Assembly (NCBI RefSeq): GCF_009914755.1
Contig: NC_060947.1
Length of the DNA stretch: 64,000 nt
DNA from: the human T2T-CHM13v2.0 reference genome, Homo sapiens
Reading direction: 5' to 3' (one strand)
The notes below the pieces were generated by a model, which saw only the letters and a program-made list of their open reading frames with translations, made no database searches and was not told the DNA's origin. A program made the position numbers and the translations under genes. This document shows, in pieces, positions 45,830 to 63,037 of this stretch. Within the stretch, counting starts at the first letter, position 1. The number at the start of each line of letters is the position of its first letter.

Positions 45830-46612
45830 ACTTTGGAAAACATTTTGGTGGTTTCTCATAAAACAAAACATTGAATTACCATATAAATACAGAAATTGTC
45901 ATCTAGGGCCCTTTACTCAAAGAAATGAAAACGTAAATTAACACAAAATTTTGTACACAAATGTTCATGGCAGCCTTATTTGTGATAACCCCAAATTGAA
46001 AACAGCCCAGATATTCTTCAGCAGGTAGATGGTTAAGCAAACCATCCATATAATGTCACTTGGCAATATAAAGGAACAATAAAAGGAGCATTATTGATAC
46101 ATGTAACAACTTGCATGACTCTCCAGAGAATTATGCTAAGTGAAAAAAGCTAGTTCCACAAGGTTATATACAATACGATTATGTTTATTATAACAATTTT
46201 GATATGACAAAAATTATAGAACAGATTAGTGGATGCCAGAGACTACAATAATGGAAGGGAGTGAAAGAAAGGGAGGCAAGAAGGAGGTGGGTGTGGTTAT
46301 AAAAGGGAAATGTGAGGGAACTTTGTGTTGATGAAACTGTTCTGTATATTGTCTGCGATGGCGGTTACACAAACTTGTACATGTGACAAAACTGTATAGA
46401 ACTAAATACATACACACACATTAGTACAAATAAAATGGGAAATCTGAATAAGATTGATTTATTATATCAGTGTCAATATGCTGCTTGTGATGGTGTACCA
46501 TATTTCACAAGATATCACCATTGGGAGAAACTACATAAAGAGTGCAGAGATCTATCTTATTATTTCTTACAACTACATGTGAATCTACAATTATCTCACT
46601 ATAAACTTTAAA
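45830..46612 (+). mobile_element. L1MC/MD 3' fragment
   Basis: ctttggaaaacattttgg...gaattatgctaagtgaaaaaagc...cttacaactacatgtgaatctacaattatctc. Confidence 0.75.
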
Positions 46613-46861
46613 TAAAATGTTTCAAGAAGACTATAATAAAAGCTACAATAAAGTGAAAAAAAAATTGTTCCTACTGTACCTGTACTTATTTCTACACAAA
46701 ATCCATACTGAGACAAGATATCAAAACTCCATTCATAGAATCTTGGATATACCTGGTGATTTTTAATGAGTGGCTTTGAGAAAGTCTAATGTTATCTCCA
46801 TTAGGTAAACTTTTTTTATTTAATTTATACTTAAATATGAGTATGCAGGAGGTTTTGCTTC

Positions 46862-47715
46862 TTTTTTTTTTTTTTAAAGTTTTATCTTATTTTTAATTGA
46901 CACATAATAGTTGTACATATTTATGGGGTACAATGGGATGTTTGAATACATGTATACATTGTGTAATAATCAAAATTATGGTAATTAGCAAATCCATTAT
47001 CTCAAACACATTATTTCTCTGTGGTGAGAACATTCAGAATCCTCGCTTCTAGCTATTTTGAAATGCGCAATAATACATTATTGTTAACTATAGTCACCCT
47101 ACTGTGCAATAGAACACCAGAACTTATTCCTCCTATTTAATTGTAGCTTTGTACTTATTGATAAACCTCTCTGTCTCCCCTCTATTCCTACCCTTCCCAA
47201 CCTCTAAGAACTACTATTCTATTCTCTATTTCTATGGGATCAACTTTTTAAGATTCCACGTATGAGTGAGATTATGCAGTATTTGTCTTTCTGTGTCTGG
47301 CTTTTTTCACTTAACACAATGTCCTCCAGATTCATCCATGTTGTCACAAAAGAGGATTTCATTCTTTTTAATGGCTGAATAGTATTCCGTTGTGTATATA
47401 TACCACATTTTCTTTATTCATTCATCCATTGATGCACACTAAGAATGATTCCATAACTTGGCTACTGTTAATAGTGCTGCAGTTAACATGGAAGTACAGA
47501 TATCTCTTCAACATATTGATTTCCTTTCCTTTGGATATATATCCAGTAGTGGGATTTCCAGATCATATGGTAGTTCTATTTTTAGTTTTACGAGGAACCT
47601 CTACACTGTTTTCTATAATGGCTATATTAATTTACATTCCTACCAACAGAATGTAAGAATCCCCTTTTCTTCACATCCTTGTCAATACTTGTTATCTTTT
47701 TTTTTGTTTGTTTGT
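46862..47715 (-). mobile_element. L1MA8-like 3' fragment (possibly 3'-transduced by the adjacent L1HS)
   Basis: poly(T) then ttttaattgacacataatagttgtacatatttatggggtacaatg... L1MA 3' UTR. Confidence 0.82.
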
Positions 47716-47956
47716 ACAGCTGTGTGAATTTTTTTTTTAATTTTTTTTTTTATTATACTCTAAGTTTTAGGGTACATGTGCACATTGTGCAGGTTAGTTA
47801 CATATGTATACATGTGCCATGCTGGTGCGCTGCACCCACTAACGTGTCATCTAGCATTAGGTATATCTCCCAATGCTATCCCTCCCCCCTCCCCCGACCC
47901 CACCACAGTCCCCAGAGTGTGATATTCCCCTTCCTGTATCCATGTGATCTCATTGT

Positions 47957-51808
<3,852 letters not shown>

Positions 51809-51847
51809 TCATTAGTTGATGCAGTTTCTTCCTAGTCTCAATGGTCT

Positions 51848-52864
51848 TTACATTTTGGCATGATTTTGCAGCGTCTGGTACCGGTTGTTCCTTTCCATGT
51901 TTAGCGCTTCCTTCACGAGCTCTTTTAGGGCAGGCCTGGTGGTGACAAAATCTCTCAGCATTTGCTTGTCTATAAAGTATTTTATTTCTCCTTCACTTAT
52001 GAAGCTTAGTTTGGCTGGATATGAAATTCTGGGTTGAAAATTCTTTTCTTTAAGAATGTTGAATATTGGCCCCCACTCTCTTCTGGCTTGTAGGGTTTCT
52101 GCCGAGAGATCCGCTGTTAGTCTGATGGGCTTTCCTTTGAGGGTAACCCGACCTTTCTCTCTGGCTGCCCTTAACATTTTTTCCTTCATTTCAACTTTGG
52201 TGAATCTGACAATTATGTGTCTTGGAGTTGCTCTTCTCGAGGAGTATCTTTGTGGCGTTCTCTGTATTTCCTGAATCTGAACGTTGGCCTGCCTTGCTAG
52301 ATTGGGGAAGTTCTCCTGGATAATATCCTGCAGAGTGTTTTCCAACTTGGTTCCATTCTCCACATCACTTTCAGGTACACCAATCAGACGTAGATTTGGT
52401 CTTTTCACATAGTCCCATATTTCTTGGAGGCTTTGCTCATTTCTTTTTATTCTTTTTTCTCTAAACTTCCCTTCTCGCTTCATTTCATTCATTTCATCTT
52501 CCATTGCTGATACCCTTTCTTCCAGTTGATCGCATCGGCTCCTGAGGCTTCTGCATTCTTCACGTAGTTCTCGAGCCTTGGTTTTCAGCTCCATCAGCTC
52601 CTTTAAGCACTTCTCTGTATTGGTTATTCTAGTTATACATTCTTCTAAGTTTTTTTCAAAGTTTTCAACTTCTTTGCCTTTGGTTTGAATGTCCTCCCGT
52701 AGCTCAGAGTAATTTGATCGTCTGAAGCCTTCTTCTCTCAGCTCGTCAAAATCATTCTCCATCCAGCTTTGTTCTGTTGCTGGTGAGGAACTGCGTTCCT
52801 TTGAAGGAGGAGAGGCGCTCTGCGTTTTAGAGTTTCCAGTTTTTCTGTTCTGTTTTTTCCCCAT
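51848..52864 (-). CDS. ORF1: L1 ORF1p RNA-binding chaperone, intact 338 aa
   Basis: MGKKQNRKTGNSKTQSAS...NHAKM; REKG, ARR and YPAKLS motifs intact. Confidence 0.97.
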   Translation of the reverse strand: MGKKQNRKTGNSKTQSASPPSKERSSSPATEQSWMENDFDELREEGFRRSNYSELREDIQTKGKEVENFEKNLEECITRITNTEKCLKELMELKTKARELREECRSLRSRCDQLEERVSAMEDEMNEMKREGKFREKRIKRNEQSLQEIWDYVKRPNLRLIGVPESDVENGTKLENTLQDIIQENFPNLARQANVQIQEIQRTPQRYSSRRATPRHIIVRFTKVEMKEKMLRAAREKGRVTLKGKPIRLTADLSAETLQARREWGPIFNILKEKNFQPRISYPAKLSFISEGEIKYFIDKQMLRDFVTTRPALKELVKEALNMERNNRYQTLQNHAKM

Positions 52865-53768
52865 CTTTGTGGTTTTATCTACTTTTGGTCTTTGATGATG
52901 GTGATGTACAGATGGGTTTTCGGTGTAGATGTCCTTTCTGGTTGTTAGTTTTCCTTCTAACAGACAGGACCCTCAGCTGCAGGTCTGTTGGAATACCCTG
53001 CCGTGTGAGGTGTCAGTGTGCCCCTGCTGGGGGGTGCCTCCCAGTTAGGCTGCTCGGGGGTCAGGGGTCAGGGACCCACTTGAGGAGGCAGTCTGCCCGT
53101 TCTCAGATCTCCAGCTGCGTGCTGGGAGAACCACTGCTCTCTTCAAAGCTGTCAGACAGGGACACTTAAGTCTGCAGAGGTTACTGCTGTCTTTTTGTTT
53201 GTCTGTGCCCTGCCCCCAGAGGTGGAGCCTACAGAGGCAGGCAGGCCTCCTTGAGCTGTGGTGGGCTCCACCCAGTTCGAGCTTCCCGGCTGCTTTGTTT
53301 ACCTAAGCAAGCCTGGGCAATGGCGGGCGCCCCTCCCCCAGCCTCGTTGCTGCCTTGCAGTTTGATCTCAGACTGCTGTGCTAGCAATCAGCGAGATTCC
53401 GTGGGCGTAGGACCCTCTGAGCCAGGTGTGGGGTATAGTCTCGTGGTGCGCCGTTTCTTAAGCCGGTCTGAAAAGCGCAATATTCGGGTGGGAGTGACCC
53501 GATTTTCCAGGTGCATCCGTCACCCCTTTCTTTGACTCGGAAAGGGAACTCCCTGACCCCTTGCGCTTCCCAGGTGAGGCAATGCCTCGCCCTGCTTCGG
53601 CTCGCGCACAGTGCGCACACACACTGGCCTGCGCCCACTGTCTGGCACTCCCTAGTGAGATGAACCCGGTACCTCAGATGGAAATGCAGAAATCACCCGT
53701 CTTCTGCGTCGCTCACGCTGGGAGCTGTAGACCGGAGCTGTTCCTATTCGGCCATCTTGGCTCCTCCC
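52865..53768 (-). promoter_or_regulatory. L1HS 5' UTR: CpG-rich sense internal promoter, antisense promoter, YY1 site (53750-53758)
   Basis: Complete ~900-bp 5' UTR, many CpGs retained, AAGATGGCC YY1 motif near the 5' end. Confidence 0.9.
53320..53535 (+). CDS. ORF0: L1 ORF0 (antisense 5' UTR ORF), intact 71 aa
   Basis: ATG 53320; MAGAPPPASLLPCSLISDCCASNQRDSVGVGPSEPGVGYSLVVRRFLSRSEKRNIRVGVTRFSRCIRHPFL*. Confidence 0.85.
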   Translation: MAGAPPPASLLPCSLISDCCASNQRDSVGVGPSEPGVGYSLVVRRFLSRSEKRNIRVGVTRFSRCIRHPFL

Positions 53769-54699
53769 TGCTTCTAACACTAAAGTCAAGTAGACATTTT
53801 AAAGGGCTAAATTACATTTTCATGTTAATTAGGCCACCATACTGACTGGATGAGCCAAATAGTGAACTTAGTAAAGATTACCCAGATTCCCTATACTGAC
53901 AGTGATTCAAAAATTTTAAAACTACAAGTGATAACTGAACTGAATAAATACTACATTCATCCAGAAAGGTTTGGTTCAGACAGACTTATTTACAACTTCT
54001 CTATGCAAAGTATTTAGACTCTGTATAACAATTTTAGTGTAACATCAATTTTAAAATGACATAAAATTATTTATAACTTTATCAATTCTTGAATAACTTA
54101 ATGTCAAATTTTTCAAATACCATTTTTCTAACTATAGGATGCTTAATCTGAAAGGTGAATAAAACAATGCACAGAAATATACCACACAAAGAAAACAGTG
54201 AACTAGACTTAAAATCTGATGACCTGAGTTCTTGGCCTTAATTTATTCCTCACTAGCTCTATCAAGGTGTAAAAAGATGAGCAAGTCATTTAACTTTCTG
54301 CCTAAGTATGAAATATTCTTAGGTACACCCAGGGTTCCAAAGTGACTCTCAGCAACTTACTATGACTCAGTGTTTCTCTAGTGAAATAAAATGATTACTT
54401 AGAAAAAAATCTACCTCATTTTTGTTTTCCCCAAAAGCAGGGACTTAAAGATTTAGTATAGGGAGTGTACTTGGGATATGTAGCCAAGAAGGAGAAGTGA
54501 GGGAGTAGGAAGAGGTAAAAGAAAGAGAGAAAAAAAAAATTGATATCAGAGTGAGTAATGATGACCACTATTGTGAGCAATAGGAACTTATTTCTGCCAA
54601 AAGCCCCTGAAAAACATGTTGAATTTTTTTCTTGGAATATGTAGACATTTAAAAAATTTTTTTCTTTGTTTCTACTTTTTGTTTTTTGGTAAACTAAGA

Positions 54700-56325
54700 T
54701 AAGTTGTCATATCTTAAAATAACTTGTTATATCCATAAGATGTTTTCTGTAAGTCTCATGGTAACCAGAATGCAAAAACCTATAGTAGATTCACTAAAAA
54801 CACAAAGTAACAAGTTCAAACATACTACTAGAGAAAATCATTTAACCATGAAAGCATACAGTAAGAAAGAAATGAGTTATAAAACAACCAGAAAGCAAGA
54901 AACAAAATGGCAGTAGTAAGTACTTACTGATCAATAATAACAGTGAATGTAAATGGACTCAATTCTCCAATTAAAAAGTATAAAGCAGCTGCATGAATAA
55001 TGAAACAAGACCCAAACCATATGCTACCTACAAGAAAGCCACTTAATCTATAAAGACACATAGACTGAAAAGTGAAGGGATGGGAAAAGATATTCCATGC
55101 AAAGGGAAACCCCCCCAAAAAAAGCAGGAGTAGCTATACTTATATCTAATAAAATAGACTACAAATCAAAAACTGTAAAAAGAGACAAAGGTCACTATAT
55201 AATGTCAAAGGGGTCAATTCAGCAAGAAGATGTAATAATTATTAATATTTATGCACCTGACTCTTGAGTACCTATATAAAGCAAACATTAATGGATTTAA
55301 AGGGAGAGATAGACCACAATACAGTAACAGTAGGGAACTTCAACAGCCCACTCTCAGTAATGAACAGGAGAGATTACAACTGATATCACAGAAATACAAA
55401 GAATCACCAGAAACTATAAGGAACAACTATATCCCAACAAATTGGAAAAAAATAAAAGAAATGAATAAATTCCTGGACACATGTAACCTACCATGATTGA
55501 ATAATGAAGAAATAAAATATTTCAACAAACCCATAATGAGTAACAAGATCAAACCATAATAAAAAGTCTCTCAACAAAGAAAAGCCCAGGACCTGATGGC
55601 TTCCCTGCTGAATCCTATCAAACATTCAAAGAAAAAGTAATACCAATTCTATTCAAACTCTTCCAAAAACTGAAGAGGAGAAAATACTTCCAAACACATT
55701 GCATGAAGCCAGCAATACCCTGACACCAAAACCAGACAAGTACATGACAAAAAAAAGAAAATTATAGGCCAATGTTACTGATGAACATAGATGCAAAAAT
55801 CTTCAACAAAATGGTATCAGACCAAATTCAACAACACATTGAAAAGATCATTTACCAGCATCAAGCAGGATTGATCCCAGGAATGAAAGGTTGTTTCAAC
55901 ACATGCAAATCAATAAGCATGGTACTGCATTAGGAGAAATACCTAATGCATGCGGGGCTTAAAACCTAGATGACAGGTTGATGGGTGCAGCAAACCACTA
56001 TGGCACATATATACCTATGTATGTGCACGTTCTGCACATGTATCTCAGAACTTAAAGTATAATAAAAAATAAAATAATAAAATAAACATGATAAATCATA
56101 TTTAGAGAACCAAGGACAAAAGCCATATGATCATTTCAATAGATACTGAAGAAACATTTGATAAATTCAATATGCCTTTATAATAAACACTGTCAACAAA
56201 CTGGGTATAGAAGGCACAAGCCTCAAAATAATAAAGGTCATAAATGACAAACCTATAGCTAACATTGTATTGAACAGGAAAAACTGAAAATCTTTCCTTT
56301 AAGATCTAGAACAAGACAAGGATTG
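54700..56325 (+). mobile_element. Old L1 (L1MA/L1M2-type) ORF2 remnant with internal deletion
   Basis: aatgtaaatggactcaattctccaattaaaa (EN start), aaagcccaggacctgatggcttc, gaacatagatgcaaaaatcttcaacaaaat; EN region jumps to linker at ~55366. Confidence 0.8.
55925..56080 (+). mobile_element. Very short L1PA8-like 3' insertion nested in older L1
   Basis: taatgcatgcggggcttaaaacctagatgacaggttgatgggtgcagcaaacc; TSD aataa[g/a]catg[g/a]ta 55912-55924 and 56081-56093. Confidence 0.85.
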
Positions 56326-56329
56326 ATCT

Positions 56330-57540
56330 AATAGACAACTGTTTGCTAAAGTAATATTAGCAGTAATCTATTGGGTGATTATAGTAATGGGCAAATGAAA
56401 TGAATGATAGCAGTGTTATAAGGGATGAGAGGGAAGAATTGGAAACACTCTTATAAAATATCTGCACTATCAATTGAACGATAGAGTGCCATTTGAATAT
56501 ATAGTTAGATGAATTATAAGTATATATTGCACAATCTAAAAAGCAATTAAAAATAAGAAGTATACTTGATATGCTTGAAGAGAACAGAAAATGAAATAAT
56601 AATAAATGCTTAAATAACTAGAAAGCAGAAAAAGAGGGGGTGATAAAAAAGAAACAAAGAAAAAGTGAAAAATTAGAAAACATGCAAATATAGTAGATAT
56701 TAATCAAACTACATAAATAACTAGTTTAGCTATAAATGTTATAAATACACCAATTGAAATACAGAGATTACCAGAATAGATATAAAAAAGAGTCTACTAT
56801 CTTTCTTCTACAAGAAAATCATTTTAGATGCAAAGACACAGACATGGACGAAATAAAGGTATGATGAAAGATATTCCATGCTAACATTAATCAAAATAAA
56901 GCTGAAGTAGCAGCTGGAATGATAGGATATGTATATGTGAAAAATGAGATACACATACAGAGGAAGGAGATATATACACAAACCTTTCACATTTCACAAA
57001 AATTAACTTAAAGTGGATTATAGACCTAAATACTAAATGCAAAATATAAAAAAAACTTCCAGAAGATAACATAAGAGAAAATATAGGTGGTGTTGTGTTT
57101 GGCCATACATTTTTAGATACAATGCCAAAAGGTTGATTCATTAAAGAAATAAAATTGATAAGTTGAAAGACTGGAGGAACCTTATATGCATATTGCTAAG
57201 TGGTAAAAGAAGCTAGTTTGAAAAGGCAAAGGTCAATAGTTGCCAGAGGATTTTAGAGCAGTGAAATTATGCTGTACGACACCGTAATGGTGGATATATG
57301 GCATTATTTGTCAGAACCCATAAGAGTGCATAAAAATAAAGAATAGATCTTAACATAAACTATGGACTTTCATTAATAGTAATATGTCAATACTGGATCA
57401 TTAATTATTAAAAATATACAACACTAATGCAACATCATAATAAGAAATAGCATGTGCAGGGGAATGTGGTATATATGGGAACTCTCTATTACTATCTGCT
57501 CAATTTTTCTGTAAATCTAAAACTGTTCCAAAAAATATGT
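56330..57540 (+). mobile_element. L1MC-type fragments (inter-ORF/EN piece and 3' UTR)
   Basis: aaagatattccatgctaacattaatcaaaataaagctgaagtagc; gggaactctctattactatctgctcaatttttctgtaaatctaaaactgttc. Confidence 0.7.
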
Positions 57541-58955
57541 TAATTTTTAAAATTAAGAAATTATTGAGTTTTACTTTTATGATTTTTGCATTTTGTCTAT
57601 GTAATATTTGCTTCAAGATAATATAAAATGATTTAAAAATATGAAAAATTAGAACACCAAAATTCAAACAAAGTATTAAAGAGTAAAACTTCTTTAATAA
57701 AGACAAATTATTGAACTTAATATTTTAAAAAGTTGAGATCCAAAAATTTAGAATTATCATGGTACACAAGACCTGGAAAGCCCCAGATACTGACCCAGAA
57801 GCTTCAAATATGTGTATTATGATATCCCTTTTCTACATTATTATTTAAGGTCATTATTCAGTAAAGACAACCACTAAATATTATGAGGCTATTCAGTGTC
57901 ATCATATAACATTAATAATGCCCCCTTCAGCTAAACTCTTTAAAATTTATAGATCATATACTTTTAAGAAACTCTCACATGTTATTTGTTGTTTCCTAAA
58001 ATTTTGCTTATACAACAGTCAATTGCAGGAGTAATTGGAAGCCTATATCTTTTTTAAAATTTCATTTCCAAATATCTGATGCCAGGGAAGGATATAGTCG
58101 TGGTGGGCTTCACAGGGATTTGCCTGGACGTTCAAAGTGTTAGCTAATCCACTGGGTTATACTATTCCTTGGATTTTCTTTTGAATGAAGAAATTAACAC
58201 TACTGCTTTAATTAAAAGCAGACATAAAAGCAGAATTCAATGAGAATGTGTGTGGTTTGCATATGCACAGAATTAAGTAAAAGTTTTAGCAGAAAATGCA
58301 AATAAAGGTGTCTTTAGTCACAGAAGTGGGTAGCAGGGAATATATCCAAACACCAGCAGGTCTAAAAGCGCTATTCTAGCTCCCCCTGGAACCGGAGTTT
58401 ATAAAACGCATATAATCATGATGTTGAGGGAGCAACCAGCTGGACTGGAGTACTTGTTTGCTCTTGCTTTTCATCTAGTCAGCCTAAATGAACGATATTG
58501 TTCTGACAAGGATTTCTCTCACAAGGGTCCTACAAACCTACAATATATAAATATCAAAGCCTTTAAATAGCTCCACCAGCTTACATACACAGAAAAGAGC
58601 ATATTATTAGAGTATTTCTATAAATTAAAGTGTCAACATTTTGAATTGCAATTAAGGTTGTTCCAGCATTTCTTTTGTAAAGCTTTATTTTCAGGGATTC
58701 GTAATTCAACATAATAATCATTCCCCATATGAAACTTGGCTCACAAATTCACAGGATGCAAGAGTTTTATTTTAATCTTAAAGGAAATTTTGATTTTTTT
58801 TAAAGAAATGTCATAGTGTAGCTCTCTCACATTGACATGTTTTTGCCAAGCAAAAAAAATTGCTTTTGCTATTATTTTTCACCCTAGTAGCTATTGCAAT
58901 CTTTGGTATATGTAATTAACTAAGTGCCTTGTTATTGGTCTTTTAAATTGTAATA

Positions 58956-58956
<1 letters not shown>

Positions 58957-58996
<40 letters not shown>
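58957..58996. repeat. (TA)20 microsatellite followed by AT-rich duplicated unit
   Basis: Perfect TA run; aaactattat...ttatggaaatatatatat repeated twice downstream. Confidence 0.95.
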
Positions 58997-59003
<7 letters not shown>

Positions 59004-59269
59004 ATATTTATGGAAATATATATATGCTATATATAAAAACTATTATATATATTTATGGAAATATATATATTTCTATAAATTGCAGATAAAGAAGGGCAGT
59101 GTACAATTTGTTTATTGTTTCAAAAAATCTATGTGTCAATTATGCATGAATCAAAGATCCAGGAATGCTCAATCTAGAGTACAACTGTCTTCCAAGGAAT
59201 TTCAGGTTCAACAAGTAGATTTGCTCTGTATGGACACAATTAAAATGTGTTTTAAGGCAACAAGAAAAC

Positions 59270-59477
59270 AGTTCGAACAGCAGAGGGAAAATATTCTTAC
59301 AAGTAACTTTGTCCAGGAACGGCTGCCTTAGAAAGTACTAATTCTTGTGTCCTTAATGTTTGTTTGTTTGTTTGTTTGTTTGTTTGTTTGTTTTCAGAAT
59401 GTCTGAAAGATCTTATTAAAGATGTTGAGGAGAGTACTCTGGCAGTAGGTAAGATTTCCTCAAACTTTGAGATTCTA
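59270..59477 (+). mobile_element. Possible CR1/L3 3' end interrupted by GTTT repeat
   Basis: ggctgccttagaaagtac...ttcctcaaactttgagattcta resembles L3 terminus. Confidence 0.4.
59357..59394 (+). repeat. (TGTT)9 microsatellite
   Basis: tgtttgtttgtttg... direct reading. Confidence 0.95.
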
Positions 59478-59784
59478 AAAACTTAAAATCATACATCCTG
59501 TTTCTATGGAGTGTAAAGGGTGGGGAATGGCGTTTTCAAGTTCTCTATGGAGTATGGAATATCTGGACTAAAACTACGGGATACATTTTTAGGATTAGTA
59601 CCTAAAATTGGGAATGCCAGTGAAAGAGTTATGGGACAATTTATTTTTGAAATATATTTATATATTGCTCTTAAAATTTCACACTAAATCATATTCCCAT
59701 AGCACATGAGAGTGCTTATTTCCTCAAAGCTTTCCAACACTGGTATTAGATTTTAAACCATGTAAAATGATTGTTACTATGTCT

Positions 59785-60180
59785 TTTTAAGATTTAGATG
59801 AAATTCACATAACATAAATTTATTCTCTTTAAACAATTCAGTGGCATTTTGTACACTCACGATGTTACACAATCACTTCTATCTAGTTCCAAAACATTTT
59901 CATCACCCCAGAAGGAAGCTCTGTATTGATTAAGTAGTTCTTTTCCATTCCCATTCCCCATCCCCCACAGTCCCTGGCACATACAATCTCTGTTCTGTCT
60001 CTGGTGATTTATCTCTTCTGGATATTTTCTATAAATAGAATTATACAATATATGCCTTTTTGTGGCTGGCTTTTCACTTAGCACAATGTTTTCAAGTCAG
60101 CCACATTGTGTTATATATCAGTATTTCATTTCTTTTTATGGTTGAATAATATTCATTTGTATGTATATACATACTTTATA
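59785..60180 (-). mobile_element. L1MB 3' end fragment
   Basis: aaattcacataacataaa...ttccaaaacattttcatcaccccagaagg...ggctggcttttcacttagcacaatgttttcaag. Confidence 0.8.
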
Positions 60181-62590
60181 TGTCCTTTTAAAGGTACATG
60201 CTTGAGAATTCTTTTACGGATGTCTCCTTTTTGTACTTCACTCCGTAGTCACTTCAGTTAAATATAAATGGTGATTTTTGTTGTCTTAAAAATAAGCATG
60301 ACTCTTAATGATAGCCATCATACTAAAGGGAACCTTATGAAATCAGACTTGTTTTTATCAAACTCATTATCTGGTTTCAAGTTTGTTTTTTTATTATTCC
60401 CATCACCTATCAACTCCATTTTTATGCCAATATATTTGTGCCTATAATGGCTAGCCTTCAGTGGGTCAACAATTTATCTGGCATCCAAATAGAGTTCATC
60501 GCCCAGTTTTATGCTCCTAATAGGAAGCTGCCAAAGAACAGACATCCTCAAGATTCCCAACATATTGACCTAAGAAGAGAAGACTAAACTTGAACTGATT
60601 ATTCATCTTTCTCTACTTTCAACAGGACTCAAATCATCACCATCATCGTTCAGACTCTCATATTTACAACTAGGTCTATGTCTAGGTCTTAATATGTCCT
60701 ATCCTTGGCAATAATAAAAACACTGAAATTGATTTAACCATAGAATCTTCTCCCCTTATTCAGTCAAAATTTGATTTGTGTGCACAGCTAGTAGTAGGAA
60801 AAGGTTTTGGGGCTTCTAATCCTTTTTTCTTACTTTGCACATAACTTCCTTCCTTGACTTGCTAAGGGTGTGTATATATGTGTACATTTATTTTAAACCT
60901 TCAAATTAATGACTAGGAGAAGAGGGAATTATGGTAAAAAGCAGTCTTAAATAAGTGTAGTTGTCATCTGGCACCAGCTCCCCCTGGTAGATAGGCATAA
61001 GACTACTGACTTTCCCTTTGGAAACATGCTTTCTCATGTTTCCAGAGATCTCTGGAGTCTCCCCTAGAGGACTCTTCTGACAGCCAATCGCTTGCTTCCT
61101 GTTGCCTCTATCTCCCTCAATATCTTTTTACTTAGGAGATTTACTCCACAAGACTCTGTAGGAGTCCCAATAGGGATGATACTCATTTAAAATGGATCTA
61201 ACCAGGAGAAACTTAATTCATTCTTTGCCCCAAATTATTTTCTACCATCCTTCTCTGCTCTGCTGCTTTCAGTTGATAGACTTTTGTCTGAAGATTCTCC
61301 AGGCTGTACCAAACACCAGCCCATGTTCGCCAAGTACAGGCGATACCTATTAAGCTTTTGGAGAATTCTCCTTACATCCATGTCTCAACAAGTTTGCAAT
61401 TGGAAGATGATACCCTTACCCCTTTCCTGTTGTGGCAGAAGGAGATATGGACTCCCAAATCTGCAACAGCTCTATTCAGAGAAATCTCTTCACAGATCCT
61501 TACCTATTTGTTCTTTCTCCATCCTTATATATTCTACTGAAGAGGAAGGAGGATTTGTTTGTTGGTTTTGGTTTTTTCGTAAGTCATGAAACTTATTCTT
61601 GGATATTTTTAGGTATTTACAAATATATTTTAGACATTCTTTATGTTTCTCTTGACAACTTGAATATTGTGTCTCTCACACTTCGCTTTGTTGTCTCATA
61701 ACTTTTGTATTTCAACATCTCTGTCAACACTTCCAAATTCGCATCATGTTAAATATGAAGTATTTCAAACATGCAGAAGAGTTCAGAGAATAACATAGCA
61801 TCCAGGTACTCATTAGCCAGAACTAATAAACCATAACATTTTGCCATAGCTATGGTTTTTATTTTTTACATGGATATTTTGTTTCTAGCCAGAGATTCTG
61901 TGCTGATTTAGGGGCACCTTTTCTAACTTCTAACCTCATGTTTGTGCAGGGCATTTTTTTCTGTATCTTGGTATTCTTTGAAATCCAAGCCCTAGCCTAA
62001 AAATGACATTGTGGGTTCTATAAAGCTCTTTTCCTGCTCTCTATCACATCCATAACAACAAGCTCAGTTCTGTAGCCCTATCTTTTCATTCCCTCATTGT
62101 TTCTGTCACTTGGGGATTTTCTTTTCTTTCTTGCAAGATCAGCAATATATTTTGCTATTGTTGTACTTTATCCAGGATTTCTAGGAGTTCATAGCACAGA
62201 AGTTTAATGTTAATCCAGGCTGCCTTATGTCAGAACAACAACAACAAAAAAATCCCCATTCACTCCTGAACTTACTCTAGTCTCACTTTAAAAATAATAC
62301 TTAAAATGTGCTTTTCAAGGACACCAGCCTTGTTCCTATTGAGAAATACAGTGGAAAATTATGTCTATCACGTGATATTGAACTATTCTGAGGTGTCACA
62401 TTTATTTGACCACATTCTCCTATTTGCATAACCCTCTGGGCTTTGATCAGAACTGACTTACCCAGCTTTTCCTAATCTGTTATTCTTTCTTTTGCCATCT
62501 CGTTTTTTATACTTGACCTTCATGTTGGAATGCACCAGGGTCAGTACTCTGCCTTTCTTTATTCTCCAACTTTATTACATCCTTGTATGA

Positions 62591-63037
62591 TGTGGACTGA
62601 ATAATCGCTCCCAAATGTTCACTTCTCCATTGCCTCTAAGAGGATTATTTACTTCTGACCATTGATACGTGGCATGTAGTGCTACCCTGTGGGCAGAGTA
62701 TACTCTGCTATTCCATACAACTTGCATTGACTAAGGAAATATGAATAGGAGTGATGAATGCCAATTAGGAGTAGACACATAAAGAGTGACTGTGTGTTTC
62801 CACCAAGTCTCTTCCCTATTTTCTCTCTGCTATAAAGTTGGAATTCCCCATTATTAGCTGTTCTTTCAGCCTGATTCTGAGAATGAAGAAAACATGTGGA
62901 GCAGGGCTTAACAACGCCAAGCAGAACCACTGTTGTCTCTCTTCCCGCAGGAAATAAACTATTTTGTTGTAGTAAACCATTGGAATGTTGGAGTTGTTTG
63001 GGACTGTAGCATGATATGATATAAATTGACTGCTACA
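62591..63037 (+). mobile_element. MaLR LTR (MLT1I-like)
   Basis: tgtggactgaataatcgctccc...agcctgattctgagaatgaagaaaacatgtggagcag...gaaataaactattttgttgtagtaaaccattgg...gactgctaca. Confidence 0.65.
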
